This document shows positions 36,939 to 45,907 of a stretch of 64,000 nucleotides of DNA, one piece after another. This DNA comes from Chloroflexota bacterium (GTDB taxonomy: Bacteria > Chloroflexota > UBA11872). A model generated the notes under the pieces. The model made no database searches. It saw nothing but the letters and a program-made list of their open reading frames with translations, and was not told the origin of the DNA. The DNA is taken from NCBI GenBank assembly GCA_965198285.1, contig OZ240251.1:3445752-3509751 (forward strand), read 5' to 3'. The position numbers and the translations under genes were made by a program. Numbering within the stretch: position 1 is the first letter of the stretch; each line of letters opens with the position of its first letter.

Positions 36939-37951
36939 TCCAGGGCCAGCTTGAGACTGGCCAGATTGTTGCGCATGAGGCCGAAGTAATCGCCATGCGC
37001 TTCCAGTTCGGCCTCGGTGACGCTCCCGATGGCATGGAACGGGATGAGTTCAATCCCGGCCTCGCTGGCGACCGTCTGCTCGAGGCCGCCGCTTAGCACC
37101 GGTTCCACCAGCACGTACCCAAGCCCCAGCTCGGTTACCCGATCCGTGATTTCCGCCAATTGCCGCGGCGACGGCTCCGTCTCAGGCGACAACCCGGTAA
37201 TGGGAAGTTGCTCCGCGCCATAGCGAGCCGCCAGGTACGCGTAGGCCGCGTGCGACGTCACAAAGTGATCGTGCTTGCAATTGGCCAGGGCCTCCGTGAA
37301 CTCCGCGTGCAGCCTGTTCAGTTCATCGATGACCGCGGCGGCAGTGGCGCGGTAGGCGTCGGCGTTGTTGGCGTCAACCTCGATCAGGGCGTCGCGGATC
37401 CGCTCCACCTGTGTGACGGCCAGCACGGGATCGAGCCACATGTGCGGATCAAGTTCCTCGCCGTGATGCTCGCCTTCCTCCTCGTGCTCTTCGCTTTCGC
37501 CTTCGTGTCCTTCACCATCCTCGTCGTGATGCTCGCCTTCGGCGTGCCCTTCTTCTTCGCCTCCGTGGTCGTGCGCAAGCCCTTCCACCGCCTGGGACTC
37601 ATCCGCCGCCTCGACGACGACTTGCTCGGCGCTGTCGTCCAGCGCTTCAAGGGCACGCTCCAGCCAGGGCTCAAGCTCAAGCCCGTTCATCACAACGAGA
37701 TCCGCCGATCCAATCGTCCGCAGGTCCGAGGCCGTCGGCTCAAATCCATGCGCTTCCACGCCCGGCCCGACCAGAACGCTCACCGTTGCCAGATCGCCGC
37801 CGATTTGCTCCGCGAAGTAGCCCAGGGGGTAGATGCTGGCTACGACGGAGAGTCGTCCGTCGTCGTCATCACTCTCCCCGCAGGCGGCAGCCGCCATCAA
37901 CGCGACCGCGAGAACGCTCGCGAACGCAATGAATCTGATATTCCATCTCAT
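36929..37951 (-). CDS. znuA: zinc ABC transporter substrate-binding lipoprotein with His/Glu/Asp-rich loop
   Basis: ORF 36929..37990 with the start at MRWNIRFIAFASVLAVALMAAAACG (lipobox). The HDHGGEEEGHAEGEHHDEDGEGHEGESEEHEEEGEHHGEE loop is typical of ZnuA. Confidence 0.7.
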   Translation of the reverse strand: MRWNIRFIAFASVLAVALMAAAACGESDDDDGRLSVVASIYPLGYFAEQIGGDLATVSVLVGPGVEAHGFEPTASDLRTIGSADLVVMNGLELEPWLERALEALDDSAEQVVVEAADESQAVEGLAHDHGGEEEGHAEGEHHDEDGEGHEGESEEHEEEGEHHGEELDPHMWLDPVLAVTQVERIRDALIEVDANNADAYRATAAAVIDELNRLHAEFTEALANCKHDHFVTSHAAYAYLAARYGAEQLPITGLSPETEPSPRQLAEITDRVTELGLGYVLVEPVLSGGLEQTVASEAGIELIPFHAIGSVTEAELEAHGDYFGLMRNNLASLKLALECA

Positions 37952-37955
37952 AACG

Positions 37956-38420
37956 TTACGCTCCCAGGACTGTCGCCGACCTGCCAGCAACCGGCGTCTC
38001 GTGCGGCAGACAGCGAAGACAGGTCACGTACAACTCAACCCTGTGCCCAAGAACCCGGCCAGGGATCTCGTCGGCCATCTCACAGAACAGCCGCTCCAGC
38101 GCCGGACTGCGGAACTCCTCGACCGTTTCGCACGACGAACAGATCAGATGGTGGTGATGCCAGGAGTGGTCAAAGGCGTACCGGGGCGAACCATCGGGAA
38201 GCATGGTCTTGCAGAGGACGCCCGCGTCGGAAAGCAGCTTGAGGGTCCGGTAGACCGTGGCGCGCCCGACGTCCGGGAGCTCCTCGTTCACCGCCTCGGC
38301 GCTGAAGGAGCCCTGCTTGCCGGCCAGCAGGCGCGCCACCCTGCGCCGGGGGCCGGTCACCCGACAGCCCAGCTCCGCTAGCAAGGCGTCAACACGATCG
38401 TCAACGGTCACTGTCATCAT
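37956..38420 (-). CDS. zur: Fur-family transcriptional regulator (zinc uptake regulator Zur)
   Basis: ORF 37956..38483 with the start at MMTVTVDDRVDALL. The DNA-binding helix RATVYRTLKLL, the HHHLIC...C metal sites, and a CxxC pair at the C-terminus are present. Confidence 0.65.
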   Translation of the reverse strand: MMTVTVDDRVDALLAELGCRVTGPRRRVARLLAGKQGSFSAEAVNEELPDVGRATVYRTLKLLSDAGVLCKTMLPDGSPRYAFDHSWHHHHLICSSCETVEEFRSPALERLFCEMADEIPGRVLGHRVELYVTCLRCLPHETPVAGRSATVLGA

Positions 38421-38424
38421 TATT

Positions 38425-38462
38425 TGATACTTCGTATCAACTAGAGTGATATGAAGTATCAC
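38425..38462. promoter_or_regulatory. two AT-rich palindromes immediately upstream of zur (candidate Zur boxes)
   Basis: TGATAC-TTC-GTATCA at 38425..38439 and GTGATA-TGAAG-TATCAC at 38446..38462. Both lie in an AT-rich stretch abutting the zur start codon. Confidence 0.4.
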
Positions 38463-38621
38463 AATCGGACGGCTCGGGCGCAAGGCTAAGCGGCACAGGC
38501 GTCAGCTACGGTCGTTGGGCGACCGCTCCACGCGGACCTCAGGTTTTGGGCATCCGTCGGCGCCGGCCGCCTGTAGGTCTAACGTGTGCGCCCCTGGATC
38601 TGGGGTCAACGGTGGGTCTGC

Positions 38622-38697
38622 GGCACGCCCGGAGGGATTCGAACCCCCGACCCCTGGTTCCGAAGACCAGTGCTCTATTCCGCTGAGCTACGGGCGC
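38622..38697 (-). tRNA. tRNA-Arg (anticodon UCG)
   Basis: Reverse complement reads GCGCCCGTAGCTCAGCGGAATAGAGCACTGGTCTTCGGAACCAGGGGTCGGGGGTTCGAATCCCTCCGGGCGTGCC. The anticodon loop is CTTCGGA, there is a G1:U72 wobble, and CC is encoded. Confidence 0.8.
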
Positions 38698-38887
38698 GTG
38701 TGCCGCCGAGTCTAGCGGCCTGACACGCCAGGCACGGCCCTCAACCCACGCGGTGCCCGGCTCAAACGACCTTCGCGGAACGACAGGACGCGCGGCCGCT
38801 TCGAGGCGGTGCTCGTTCGCTGTTGGCGGTTCGACATGCGCACCGCAGACCGAGGCGTGCCCCGACCAGCCATGAGCTAAAGGAGGA

Positions 38888-39304
38888 CTACGCCTCCAGT
38901 CGGGCCTTGATTGCGTTCATCCAGGCCTCCCAACGGGCGGCAAAGATCTGATCGATATCACGGCGGTCGCCGCGCAAGGCACCGAAGCCGGACTGAATAA
39001 CGTCAACGCGGCAGCCGCCATCTTCACCGAAAAAGTCGAAAGACAGCACGCTGGGCCAGTTCTGCACCATGCGCCAGGTGAGCCGCACGCCGCGGTCGTG
39101 TTCTCCAATGCGGCCGATAGCCGGCCCCAGTTCCGGGTCACGGAACCCGATACGCCCGCCGGAGCCTGGCGCGAGGCGCAGGCGTTGCAGCGGCGTGAGG
39201 CATTCGGACAGGATGTCCTGATCGACGAGCGCGTCGAAGACGGCCTCTGGCTCGGCGGCGATGACGTAGGTCTGTTCGACGATGATGGACCGTCGGTCGG
39301 CCAT
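38888..39304 (-). CDS. SRPBCC (Bet v1-like / AHSA1) superfamily protein
   Basis: 138 aa. The pattern (IAAEPEAVFDALVD... then a beta-rich middle and a C-terminal helix) resembles activator-of-Hsp90-ATPase-homolog/polyketide-cyclase-like proteins. Confidence 0.5.
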   Translation of the reverse strand: MADRRSIIVEQTYVIAAEPEAVFDALVDQDILSECLTPLQRLRLAPGSGGRIGFRDPELGPAIGRIGEHDRGVRLTWRMVQNWPSVLSFDFFGEDGGCRVDVIQSGFGALRGDRRDIDQIFAARWEAWMNAIKARLEA

Positions 39305-39367
39305 GGATCCCCCTCAACTGGTCCTGAACAACGGGCCCCAACGGCGCACTGTACAACGGATGGCGGG

Positions 39368-39634
39368 TTATGGGCGCGCGGCGTCCCACAGCGCCCGCAG
39401 AATACGCTCGGCTTCGTCCGCGTGCTCGGCCCGTACGATCAGGCGGTGTTGGATGCCATCGCCCATAAAGCTGGCGGGCAGGGCCGGAGCGGCGCGGGCA
39501 GGGACGCCGTGGTCGCCTAGCAGGTTCACCCAGAGATCCGCCACGGCGCGCGTAGGGGCCGTGCGAATGACGCGTTCGCTCGACGGTTCACCCAGCAGCC
39601 AGCGGCGTAGACGTGTCAGCCAGAGCGGAGCCAT
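39368..39634 (-). CDS. small DUF2007-like protein (putative signal transducing protein fold)
   Basis: ORF 39368..39664. The segment RAVADLWVNLLGDHGVPA...FMGDGIQHRLIVRAEHADEAERIL matches the about 70-aa DUF2007 pattern. The start is uncertain. Confidence 0.3.
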   Translation of the reverse strand: MAPLWLTRLRRWLLGEPSSERVIRTAPTRAVADLWVNLLGDHGVPARAAPALPASFMGDGIQHRLIVRAEHADEAERILRALWDAARP

Positions 39635-39705
39635 CAGGAATCGGCGGGACTGTCGGCCAACCACAGCCTAGCGGTTCGGGGGTGCGTTGCCGCGAGCCGA
39701 GATGG

Positions 39706-41457
39706 CTAGCCGGCCGGGACGTCTTCAGGGGGAACGCCGGTCTCCCCGGCGGACGGCCCGCCGACCTGTGGTGGCGCCTCGGGCGGCGAAGACTCGGCCT
39801 GGTGGCCGGGCATCAGGAAACCGGATCCGTTGCGAATGGCGGCAAAGTCGCGCCAGGTCCAGACCGCGGGATCGACCGCGGCGCCGGCGACGTGCACTTC
39901 CCAATGCAGGTGCGGCCCGGTTGAGCGGCCGCTCGACCCAACGGCGCCAATCGCCTGTCCGGGCGTGACCTCTTGTCCGGCGACGACGTCAATGCGGTCC
40001 AGATGAACCACGGCCGAGTACACGCCGAAGCCATGATCCAGAACCACACTGTTGCCGCGGATCGCCAGCGGTCCGGCCCAGGCGACCCGTCCGGCGGCTG
40101 GCGCCGCCACCAGCGCGCCCAGCGGCGCCGCCAGGTCCGCGCCTTCGTGCAGATAGGGGATGGCGCCCGGATGAAAAACGCGCCGCTGTCCATACGGCGA
40201 CGTGGCAGTCCCGCTGGCCGGTATACCGAAGACCCCAGTCCACAGCGGCGGTCCACTGAGGCGGTCGACCAGGGTCTGAACGAACGCCCGCTCGTCCGCC
40301 GCCGTCAGCGGGTCTAACAAGTGAGCGATGTCCTTATCGACGGTGAGTTCAATCGACTGAAACGTCCCGGCGGCAACCTGGAACTCATGCCCCTGCGTCA
40401 GCCCCCCGACATCCACCCTGAGCTGCCGCGGGCCGGTTTGGGCCTCGGCAGACAGGCCGACCAGCGCGTGCCAGGCGCCGTCTGAACAGGCCAGCGGCAA
40501 AGACCTACCGTCAAGGTTCAGCCGAACGTCGGGCCGGCCGCTGGCTAGTTCAACCAGAACCGTGGCGCCCTGCACCACAGGTGACTGGCCCAGGGTCAGC
40601 TCCAGGTCGACGGGCGCGGCGGCGGCGGGCGGCGCCGGAGTGACGGCCACGTCAGGAAACAGTCCCGCCTCCCGCGCTATTGTGCCGCTGTTGGCAAAGA
40701 TCACCTCGCCGGCCCGCGCCCACGGAGTGTCCGTGGTCCACTGTTGCAGCACCACGCGCTGTGCCCGCAGCACGCGCACGGCGCCGAAGTCCTGATACGC
40801 GATGGGGAGGCCGAAGCGGGTCAACCAGTTGGGCGCGGCCAGAAACTCCGCCCGGATGTCTGGATTGGCGTCCAGCAGCGCCAGGTGGTTCGCAGTAATG
40901 ACATCGAACGGCTGGCCGGCGTCGGCGGGCAGCGCCTGGTGCGGGGGAACCTGCCGGAACGCTTGGAGCCAGGCATCGAATCCGGCGTGGTGCAAGCCGT
41001 CGAGCGTGTTGGCCGCGTTGGCGCGGTCCGCGCCCAGGTCCCACTGCAAGACCATTTTCTGGAATGCCTGAACGGTAAAGCCGTGTTGCTGGAATCGCTG
41101 CGAGATGGGGTATCCGACGACAGGTATCCCACCCAGGTCCTGGAAGGTGGACCAGAAGCGGGCGTCGGCGTCATCCCATACCGGGAAGCCGATGCCGTGG
41201 CCGCCAGTCTGGGTGTAGAACCAACCGCCAGGAATAGCGAAATCCGGGGCGCAGGCGGCCGAAAACTCGCCCTGATGTTCATCGGCTCGGGCCACGCCGA
41301 CCAGCAGGCAGCACAGGAGAACCCCAATAGCCGAGGCACCGAGGACACGGCGAGTCAGCAACTGGGCCACGGAGGGCAGCCTAGCATCGAGTTGGCACGT
41401 ATGATTTTCCGACTGACCAACGCAGGGATGCACCGCGCGTGACGTGTCGGTGCGCAA
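39706..41457 (-). CDS. secreted M23-family (LytM) peptidase with N-terminal domain shared with the protein at 58428..60713
   Basis: The C-terminus has the HxxxD ... HLHWEV M23 motifs (YLHEGADLAAP...GPHLHWEVHVAG). There is a signal-like segment VLGASAIGVLLCCLLVGVARA. The start is uncertain, with an alternative GTG near 41361. The middle 200 aa align with 58428..60713. Confidence 0.65.
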   Translation of the reverse strand: MRTDTSRAVHPCVGQSENHTCQLDARLPSVAQLLTRRVLGASAIGVLLCCLLVGVARADEHQGEFSAACAPDFAIPGGWFYTQTGGHGIGFPVWDDADARFWSTFQDLGGIPVVGYPISQRFQQHGFTVQAFQKMVLQWDLGADRANAANTLDGLHHAGFDAWLQAFRQVPPHQALPADAGQPFDVITANHLALLDANPDIRAEFLAAPNWLTRFGLPIAYQDFGAVRVLRAQRVVLQQWTTDTPWARAGEVIFANSGTIAREAGLFPDVAVTPAPPAAAAPVDLELTLGQSPVVQGATVLVELASGRPDVRLNLDGRSLPLACSDGAWHALVGLSAEAQTGPRQLRVDVGGLTQGHEFQVAAGTFQSIELTVDKDIAHLLDPLTAADERAFVQTLVDRLSGPPLWTGVFGIPASGTATSPYGQRRVFHPGAIPYLHEGADLAAPLGALVAAPAAGRVAWAGPLAIRGNSVVLDHGFGVYSAVVHLDRIDVVAGQEVTPGQAIGAVGSSGRSTGPHLHWEVHVAGAAVDPAVWTWRDFAAIRNGSGFLMPGHQAESSPPEAPPQVGGPSAGETGVPPEDVPAG

Positions 41458-43216
41458 GAATCAACCCGCCCACACCCAGGACTTGACTACGCCCATGCCC
41501 ACGAATCGCCCTCTCGCTCCCCGCCGTCCCAGTTGGGCGCAGCCGCTGACCAGCATGGGTCGGCGACGCTTCCTCAGTTTCGCCGGAGCCGCAGGCGCTT
41601 GGCTGGCGGCCGGCGCAGGCCCGGCATTGGCGTCGCCTGACACGGGTGCGGCCGAGACGAATGGCGAGGGAGGAACCAATAGTGGGACCTCTTGGTGGGT
41701 GAATGACGTTCCCACGATCGACGGGATGGCGGCGCGAATCCGCGACACGCTGTCCGCCACCTCCCGCGAGCTGACGTGGCACGGGCGCGCCATCCAGGGC
41801 AATTCGGCCGGCAGTCTGTACGCACCGATCTTCGTGCGCGACATGGCGACCATTCAGCCAGCGCTGCCGTACTTTCTCCCGAAGTCCTACATGCAAACCC
41901 CTGTGGAAGGCTTCCTCGCCTCGCAGGACCGATTTGCGACCTTGAACGGCGCGGTGGCCGCCACCCTAAACGCGCAAGGCGAGGTGGACAAAGCCACAGT
42001 GGTCAGCGACGAAGAATCCAGCGCTGTACACGCCGCTTTCGCCTATTACCGGGCGCACGGCGGCGCGGACTGGCTGGACAGCCAAGTGGAAGGACGCCGT
42101 GTGATCGACCGCCTGGGTAACGCGCTGGACTACCTGTGGCAGACACGCCGCTGGGGCGACGGCAGCCTCCTGTTTCGCGGCCACACAACAGACTGGGGCG
42201 ACGTCAAGCGCAGCACGGGCGCGGAGCCGACCGATCTGGAGTCGGGGGACGAGCTGACGCTGTCGCCCTTCGACCAGGCGTGGCACTACCGGGCGCTCTA
42301 CGACTACGCGGCCATGCTGGACGCCATGGGCCAGCCCGCCGATGCCGGGGTCCAGCGTGCGCGCGCGGCGCAGGTGCGCACGGAAGCGAACGCCGCACTC
42401 TGGCAGCCCGACCGCGGGCACTACCGCGTGCATGCGCACGCCACGGACTGGACCGACCCGTTTGACGAAGACGCGATCGTGCCCATCAGCAGCGTGCTGT
42501 CAATCTTTGCCGGTTTAGCCTCGCCCGAGCAGGTTGCGCCGATCTTCGGCGCGGCAGCGCGGGCGGAAGCCGCCGCAGGCACCAATCGCGCCGGGTTGAC
42601 GCTCTCACCGCCCTATCCGGACGACTTCTTCGAGAGCCGCCGCATGGCTGGCGGGGAATACCAAAACGGCGCGGTGTGGGACTGGTGGGGCGGCCTGCAA
42701 ATCGTCAGCGAGTTCGAACATGGCCACGCCGATCGGGGAATCGACCATCTTGACGCGGTCGCACGGGCCTGGGAGTCCGCAAATGGCGTGCATGAGTGGT
42801 TCCACATCCCCAGCCAGACCGGACAGGGGTCATCCAAGTTCGCCGGCGCCGCGGGCACCATGGCCCAGGCGGTGATTCGCGGGCTTTTCGGCGTGGATGT
42901 CGCAAGCGACCACTACCGGGTGACCTGCCGGCTGGGCGACCGCAGCGGCGGGCTGCGGGCCATGCGGCCGGAAGGAGGCGAGATTGAGGTTGTGCAGACC
43001 GCCTATCCGGCGTTCATCTTCCTGGACATCAGGGCTGACACAGGAACCAGCGGCCGCGCGGCACTGCGTCTCCCCAAGAGCTGGGGCAGCATCATCGTGT
43101 TCGTCGACGGGCGAGTGACGGAGGCTACGCGCTGGCAGGCGGGGAACGACGAATACGTAGGAACCTGGGCGATCGGCCCGGGGACCCACTCGATCATCGT
43201 GGCGAAGGTGGCGTGA
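41444..43216 (+). CDS. Tat-secreted (alpha/alpha)6-barrel glycoside-hydrolase-like protein
   Basis: The twin-arginine signal MGRRRFLSFAGAAGAWLAAGAGPALA is present, and the real start is probably MPTNRP at 41495 or MGRRRF at 41555. The family is not pinned down. Confidence 0.45.
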   Translation: MSVRKNQPAHTQDLTTPMPTNRPLAPRRPSWAQPLTSMGRRRFLSFAGAAGAWLAAGAGPALASPDTGAAETNGEGGTNSGTSWWVNDVPTIDGMAARIRDTLSATSRELTWHGRAIQGNSAGSLYAPIFVRDMATIQPALPYFLPKSYMQTPVEGFLASQDRFATLNGAVAATLNAQGEVDKATVVSDEESSAVHAAFAYYRAHGGADWLDSQVEGRRVIDRLGNALDYLWQTRRWGDGSLLFRGHTTDWGDVKRSTGAEPTDLESGDELTLSPFDQAWHYRALYDYAAMLDAMGQPADAGVQRARAAQVRTEANAALWQPDRGHYRVHAHATDWTDPFDEDAIVPISSVLSIFAGLASPEQVAPIFGAAARAEAAAGTNRAGLTLSPPYPDDFFESRRMAGGEYQNGAVWDWWGGLQIVSEFEHGHADRGIDHLDAVARAWESANGVHEWFHIPSQTGQGSSKFAGAAGTMAQAVIRGLFGVDVASDHYRVTCRLGDRSGGLRAMRPEGGEIEVVQTAYPAFIFLDIRADTGTSGRAALRLPKSWGSIIVFVDGRVTEATRWQAGNDEYVGTWAIGPGTHSIIVAKVA

Positions 43217-43379
43217 GCGCCGCCGTGCTGGCCTGACGGGAGCCGCACGCACGCTCTCGCGAGGCCGCCGCATCCTGGGTAGGCGGGTTCGCCCGATCGT
43301 CTGGTGGGCTTGCGCACGGGCACGCGCACTGGAAATCCCTCCCCAGCGCAGCCTGGCCGGGATCGAACAGCACCGCTGG

Positions 43380-44237
43380 TTGCGCGTGCCGGCGCGAACG
43401 GCGGAACGGTTTGGCCAAGGCAACCTGCCCACCTTTGCCGCGGCGATTAGCTATCAATTTGTGATCTCGCTCTTTCCCCTGCTGGCCGTCGTCATGGTTG
43501 GAGTGTCCTTCTTCGTGGAACCCGAAGCGCTGGCCGCACAAATCTTGGAGGTCGCCGGCTTCATCGCGCCGCACTCGGAATCGTTGCTGGGTAGGACAGT
43601 CCAGTCAGTAACCGACCTGCGCGGCCAGGTCGGCGTCGTGTCGCTGCTTGGCCTGCTTTGGACTGGCTCGTACATTTTCGCGGCGCTGCGCCGCGGCCTT
43701 GACGTGGCCGTGGGCGCTCAACAGCGTCGAACGTACCTGCAGAGCCGGCTGGTCGACCTGGGTGTCGGCGCAATGACCGCAGCGATGCTGGCCGTCTCCT
43801 TGACACTCACGGCGGGGCTCACCCTCCTGCAACAGACCGAGATCTTGGGGGCCGACAGCCCCTTTGCCACGCTTGGTGTGCTACTCCGGCTGCTGACGGT
43901 GATTTTTCCGGTGGTGATGACGACGGGGATCTTCGCGCTGCTTTTCGGCGTGCTTCCTGCGCAGCCGCTTCCTCGACGGCCGGCGCTGCTGGCCGGTGCG
44001 CTGGCGGCGGTGCTGTTCGAAGTTGGTAAGAACGTGTTCGTGTGGTACGTAGCCAGCTTCGGCAACTTCAATGCGGTGTATGGCCCGTTGGCGACCATTG
44101 TCGTGCTGCTGCTGTGGCTGTACTACAGCAGCCTAATCGTGCTCGGCGCCGCAGCCTTCGGATCGGAGTTGGTGCGGTCATCTCGAATAGGAGCGGGGGA
44201 GAACGTCCCACCTTCCGGGTCCGAAGCGACAAGCTAG
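43380..44237 (+). CDS. YihY/BrkB (virulence factor BrkB / RNase BN-like) family membrane protein
   Basis: 285 aa with 6 TM helices. The N-terminal block AAAISYQFVISLFPLLAVV matches the family. Confidence 0.6.
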   Translation: MRVPARTAERFGQGNLPTFAAAISYQFVISLFPLLAVVMVGVSFFVEPEALAAQILEVAGFIAPHSESLLGRTVQSVTDLRGQVGVVSLLGLLWTGSYIFAALRRGLDVAVGAQQRRTYLQSRLVDLGVGAMTAAMLAVSLTLTAGLTLLQQTEILGADSPFATLGVLLRLLTVIFPVVMTTGIFALLFGVLPAQPLPRRPALLAGALAAVLFEVGKNVFVWYVASFGNFNAVYGPLATIVVLLLWLYYSSLIVLGAAAFGSELVRSSRIGAGENVPPSGSEATS

Positions 44238-44538
44238 GGAATTCCCCCTCGCGCAGCGTCCGCCTTGCATGTAAAGGTTTGATGCTGGCGTCGGTTGACC
44301 GACGTTGCGCGCCATTGGTACCGTCCGCTCCGCAGTTGCGGCGCATGTGGGGAGTCACGCCTATCGAGGATGTCCAGGCAAGACGGGCCGGCCGGGTGGC
44401 CGTGCCCGCTCTTCGGTGAGAAACGGCTTTCGCCGAACAGTTCTGTTCCCGCCGGACCGTCGGTTCGTTGCCGACGGTCGAAGAGCCAGCGGCCTAACGC
44501 GCGTCGCGGCTCAATGAGAGAGACGAAGGAGTGAGTTC

Positions 44539-45642
44539 ATGGCTAGCGTCACCCTTGACCGCGTGACCAAGCGCTTTGGCGAGGTCACCGCCGTGCAGGA
44601 CGTATCGATTGAAGTCGAGGACCGCGAGTTCCTCGTGCTGGTCGGCCCGTCCGGGTGCGGAAAGTCCACTACCCTCCGCCTGATTGCCGGCCTCGAAGAG
44701 TTGAGCGACGGCAACATCTACATCGGCGACGACCTGGTCAACGACATTGCGCCCAAGGACCGGGACATCGCGATGGTGTTCCAGAGCTACGCGCTCTATC
44801 CGCACATGAGCGTGTACGACAACCTGTCGTTCGGGCTGCGTCTGCGGCACACCCCGCGCAAGGAGATTGAGCGCCGGGTGCAGGAAGCCGCAGAGATGCT
44901 GAACATCGCCGAGCTGCTGGACCGAAAGCCAAAGGCCCTGTCCGGCGGTCAGCGCCAGCGTGTGGCGCTCGGTCGCGCCGTGGTTCGCGACCCGGCGGTC
45001 TTCCTGATGGACGAGCCGCTCTCCAACCTGGACGCCAAGCTGCGCGTGCAAACGCGCGCCGAGCTGATCCGGCTGCACGAGCGCCTGCAGGCCACCGTGA
45101 TCTACGTGACCCACGACCAGATGGAAGCCATGACGATGGGCAGCCGCATCGCCGTGCTGCGCGACGGCGTGCTCCAGCAGATCGGCCCGCCGCAGGTAGT
45201 CTATGAGGAGCCGGAAAACATGTTCGTTGCCGGCTTCATCGGCAGCCCGGCCATGAACTTCTTCGACGCGCGTCTGGTTGGCACGGCGGACGACATGTAC
45301 ATCCAGACCGAGTCCTTCAAGGTCCCGGTGCCGCCCGACAAGCGCGCCCCATACGTCGGTCACCTGAATCAGGACGTGGTTTTCGGCATCCGGCCGGAGG
45401 ACATCTTCGACCCGAACTACAAGCCGGACCAGATTCCAACCGACGCCACGATTAAGTCGGACGTGGACGTCACCGAGCCGCTGGGCAGCGAGGTCTACCT
45501 CTACATGCTCGCCGGCGACGAGTCCTACATCGCCCGCGTGGACCCGCGAACGACCGCTCACATCGGCGACGAGTTCGACCTGGTGCTGGACATGAGCAAC
45601 ATGCAGCTCTTCGACCGCGCCACCCAGGAAGCCATCCGCTAA
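44539..45642 (+). CDS. sugar ABC transporter ATP-binding protein (MalK/UgpC family)
   Basis: The Walker A motif GPSGCGKST, the signature LSGGQRQRVALGRA, and the Walker B motif VFLMDEPLSNLD are present, plus the C-terminal regulatory domain. There are no cognate permease genes adjacent. Confidence 0.8.
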   Translation: MASVTLDRVTKRFGEVTAVQDVSIEVEDREFLVLVGPSGCGKSTTLRLIAGLEELSDGNIYIGDDLVNDIAPKDRDIAMVFQSYALYPHMSVYDNLSFGLRLRHTPRKEIERRVQEAAEMLNIAELLDRKPKALSGGQRQRVALGRAVVRDPAVFLMDEPLSNLDAKLRVQTRAELIRLHERLQATVIYVTHDQMEAMTMGSRIAVLRDGVLQQIGPPQVVYEEPENMFVAGFIGSPAMNFFDARLVGTADDMYIQTESFKVPVPPDKRAPYVGHLNQDVVFGIRPEDIFDPNYKPDQIPTDATIKSDVDVTEPLGSEVYLYMLAGDESYIARVDPRTTAHIGDEFDLVLDMSNMQLFDRATQEAIR

Positions 45643-45682
45643 GGACCGGCAGAGCCTGCAATGCCGCCACTTGGCGGCGAGC

Positions 45683-45719
45683 AGAGCGGGGGGACGGTCT
45701 TGAGCCGTCCCCCCGCTCT
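45683..45719 (+). terminator. 15-bp perfect stem-loop downstream of the ABC ATPase gene
   Basis: AGAGCGGGGGGACGG-TCTTGAG-CCGTCCCCCCGCTCT. The trailing U-tract is weak (GAATTTAGGG). Confidence 0.4.
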
Positions 45720-45907
45720 GAATTTAGGGTTCATATGGCGCTGCGAGACTTACTCCCCGGGGCCTGACTCATCGAAGACGGCACAGGCCTTGGCGCTCAT
45801 TCAACGTCCCCACGTCCCGCGGTCTGCACACCATTCGCGATAACGGCGGCGCCGCTTGAGAATCGCCGATTCCGACACGCCACGCATACCAGACGATCTC
45901 TCTGACG

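Noticed and set aside
44237-44539. Possible riboswitch upstream of the orphan sugar ABC ATPase
   Set aside because: No recognisable conserved riboswitch core motifs were seen by eye.
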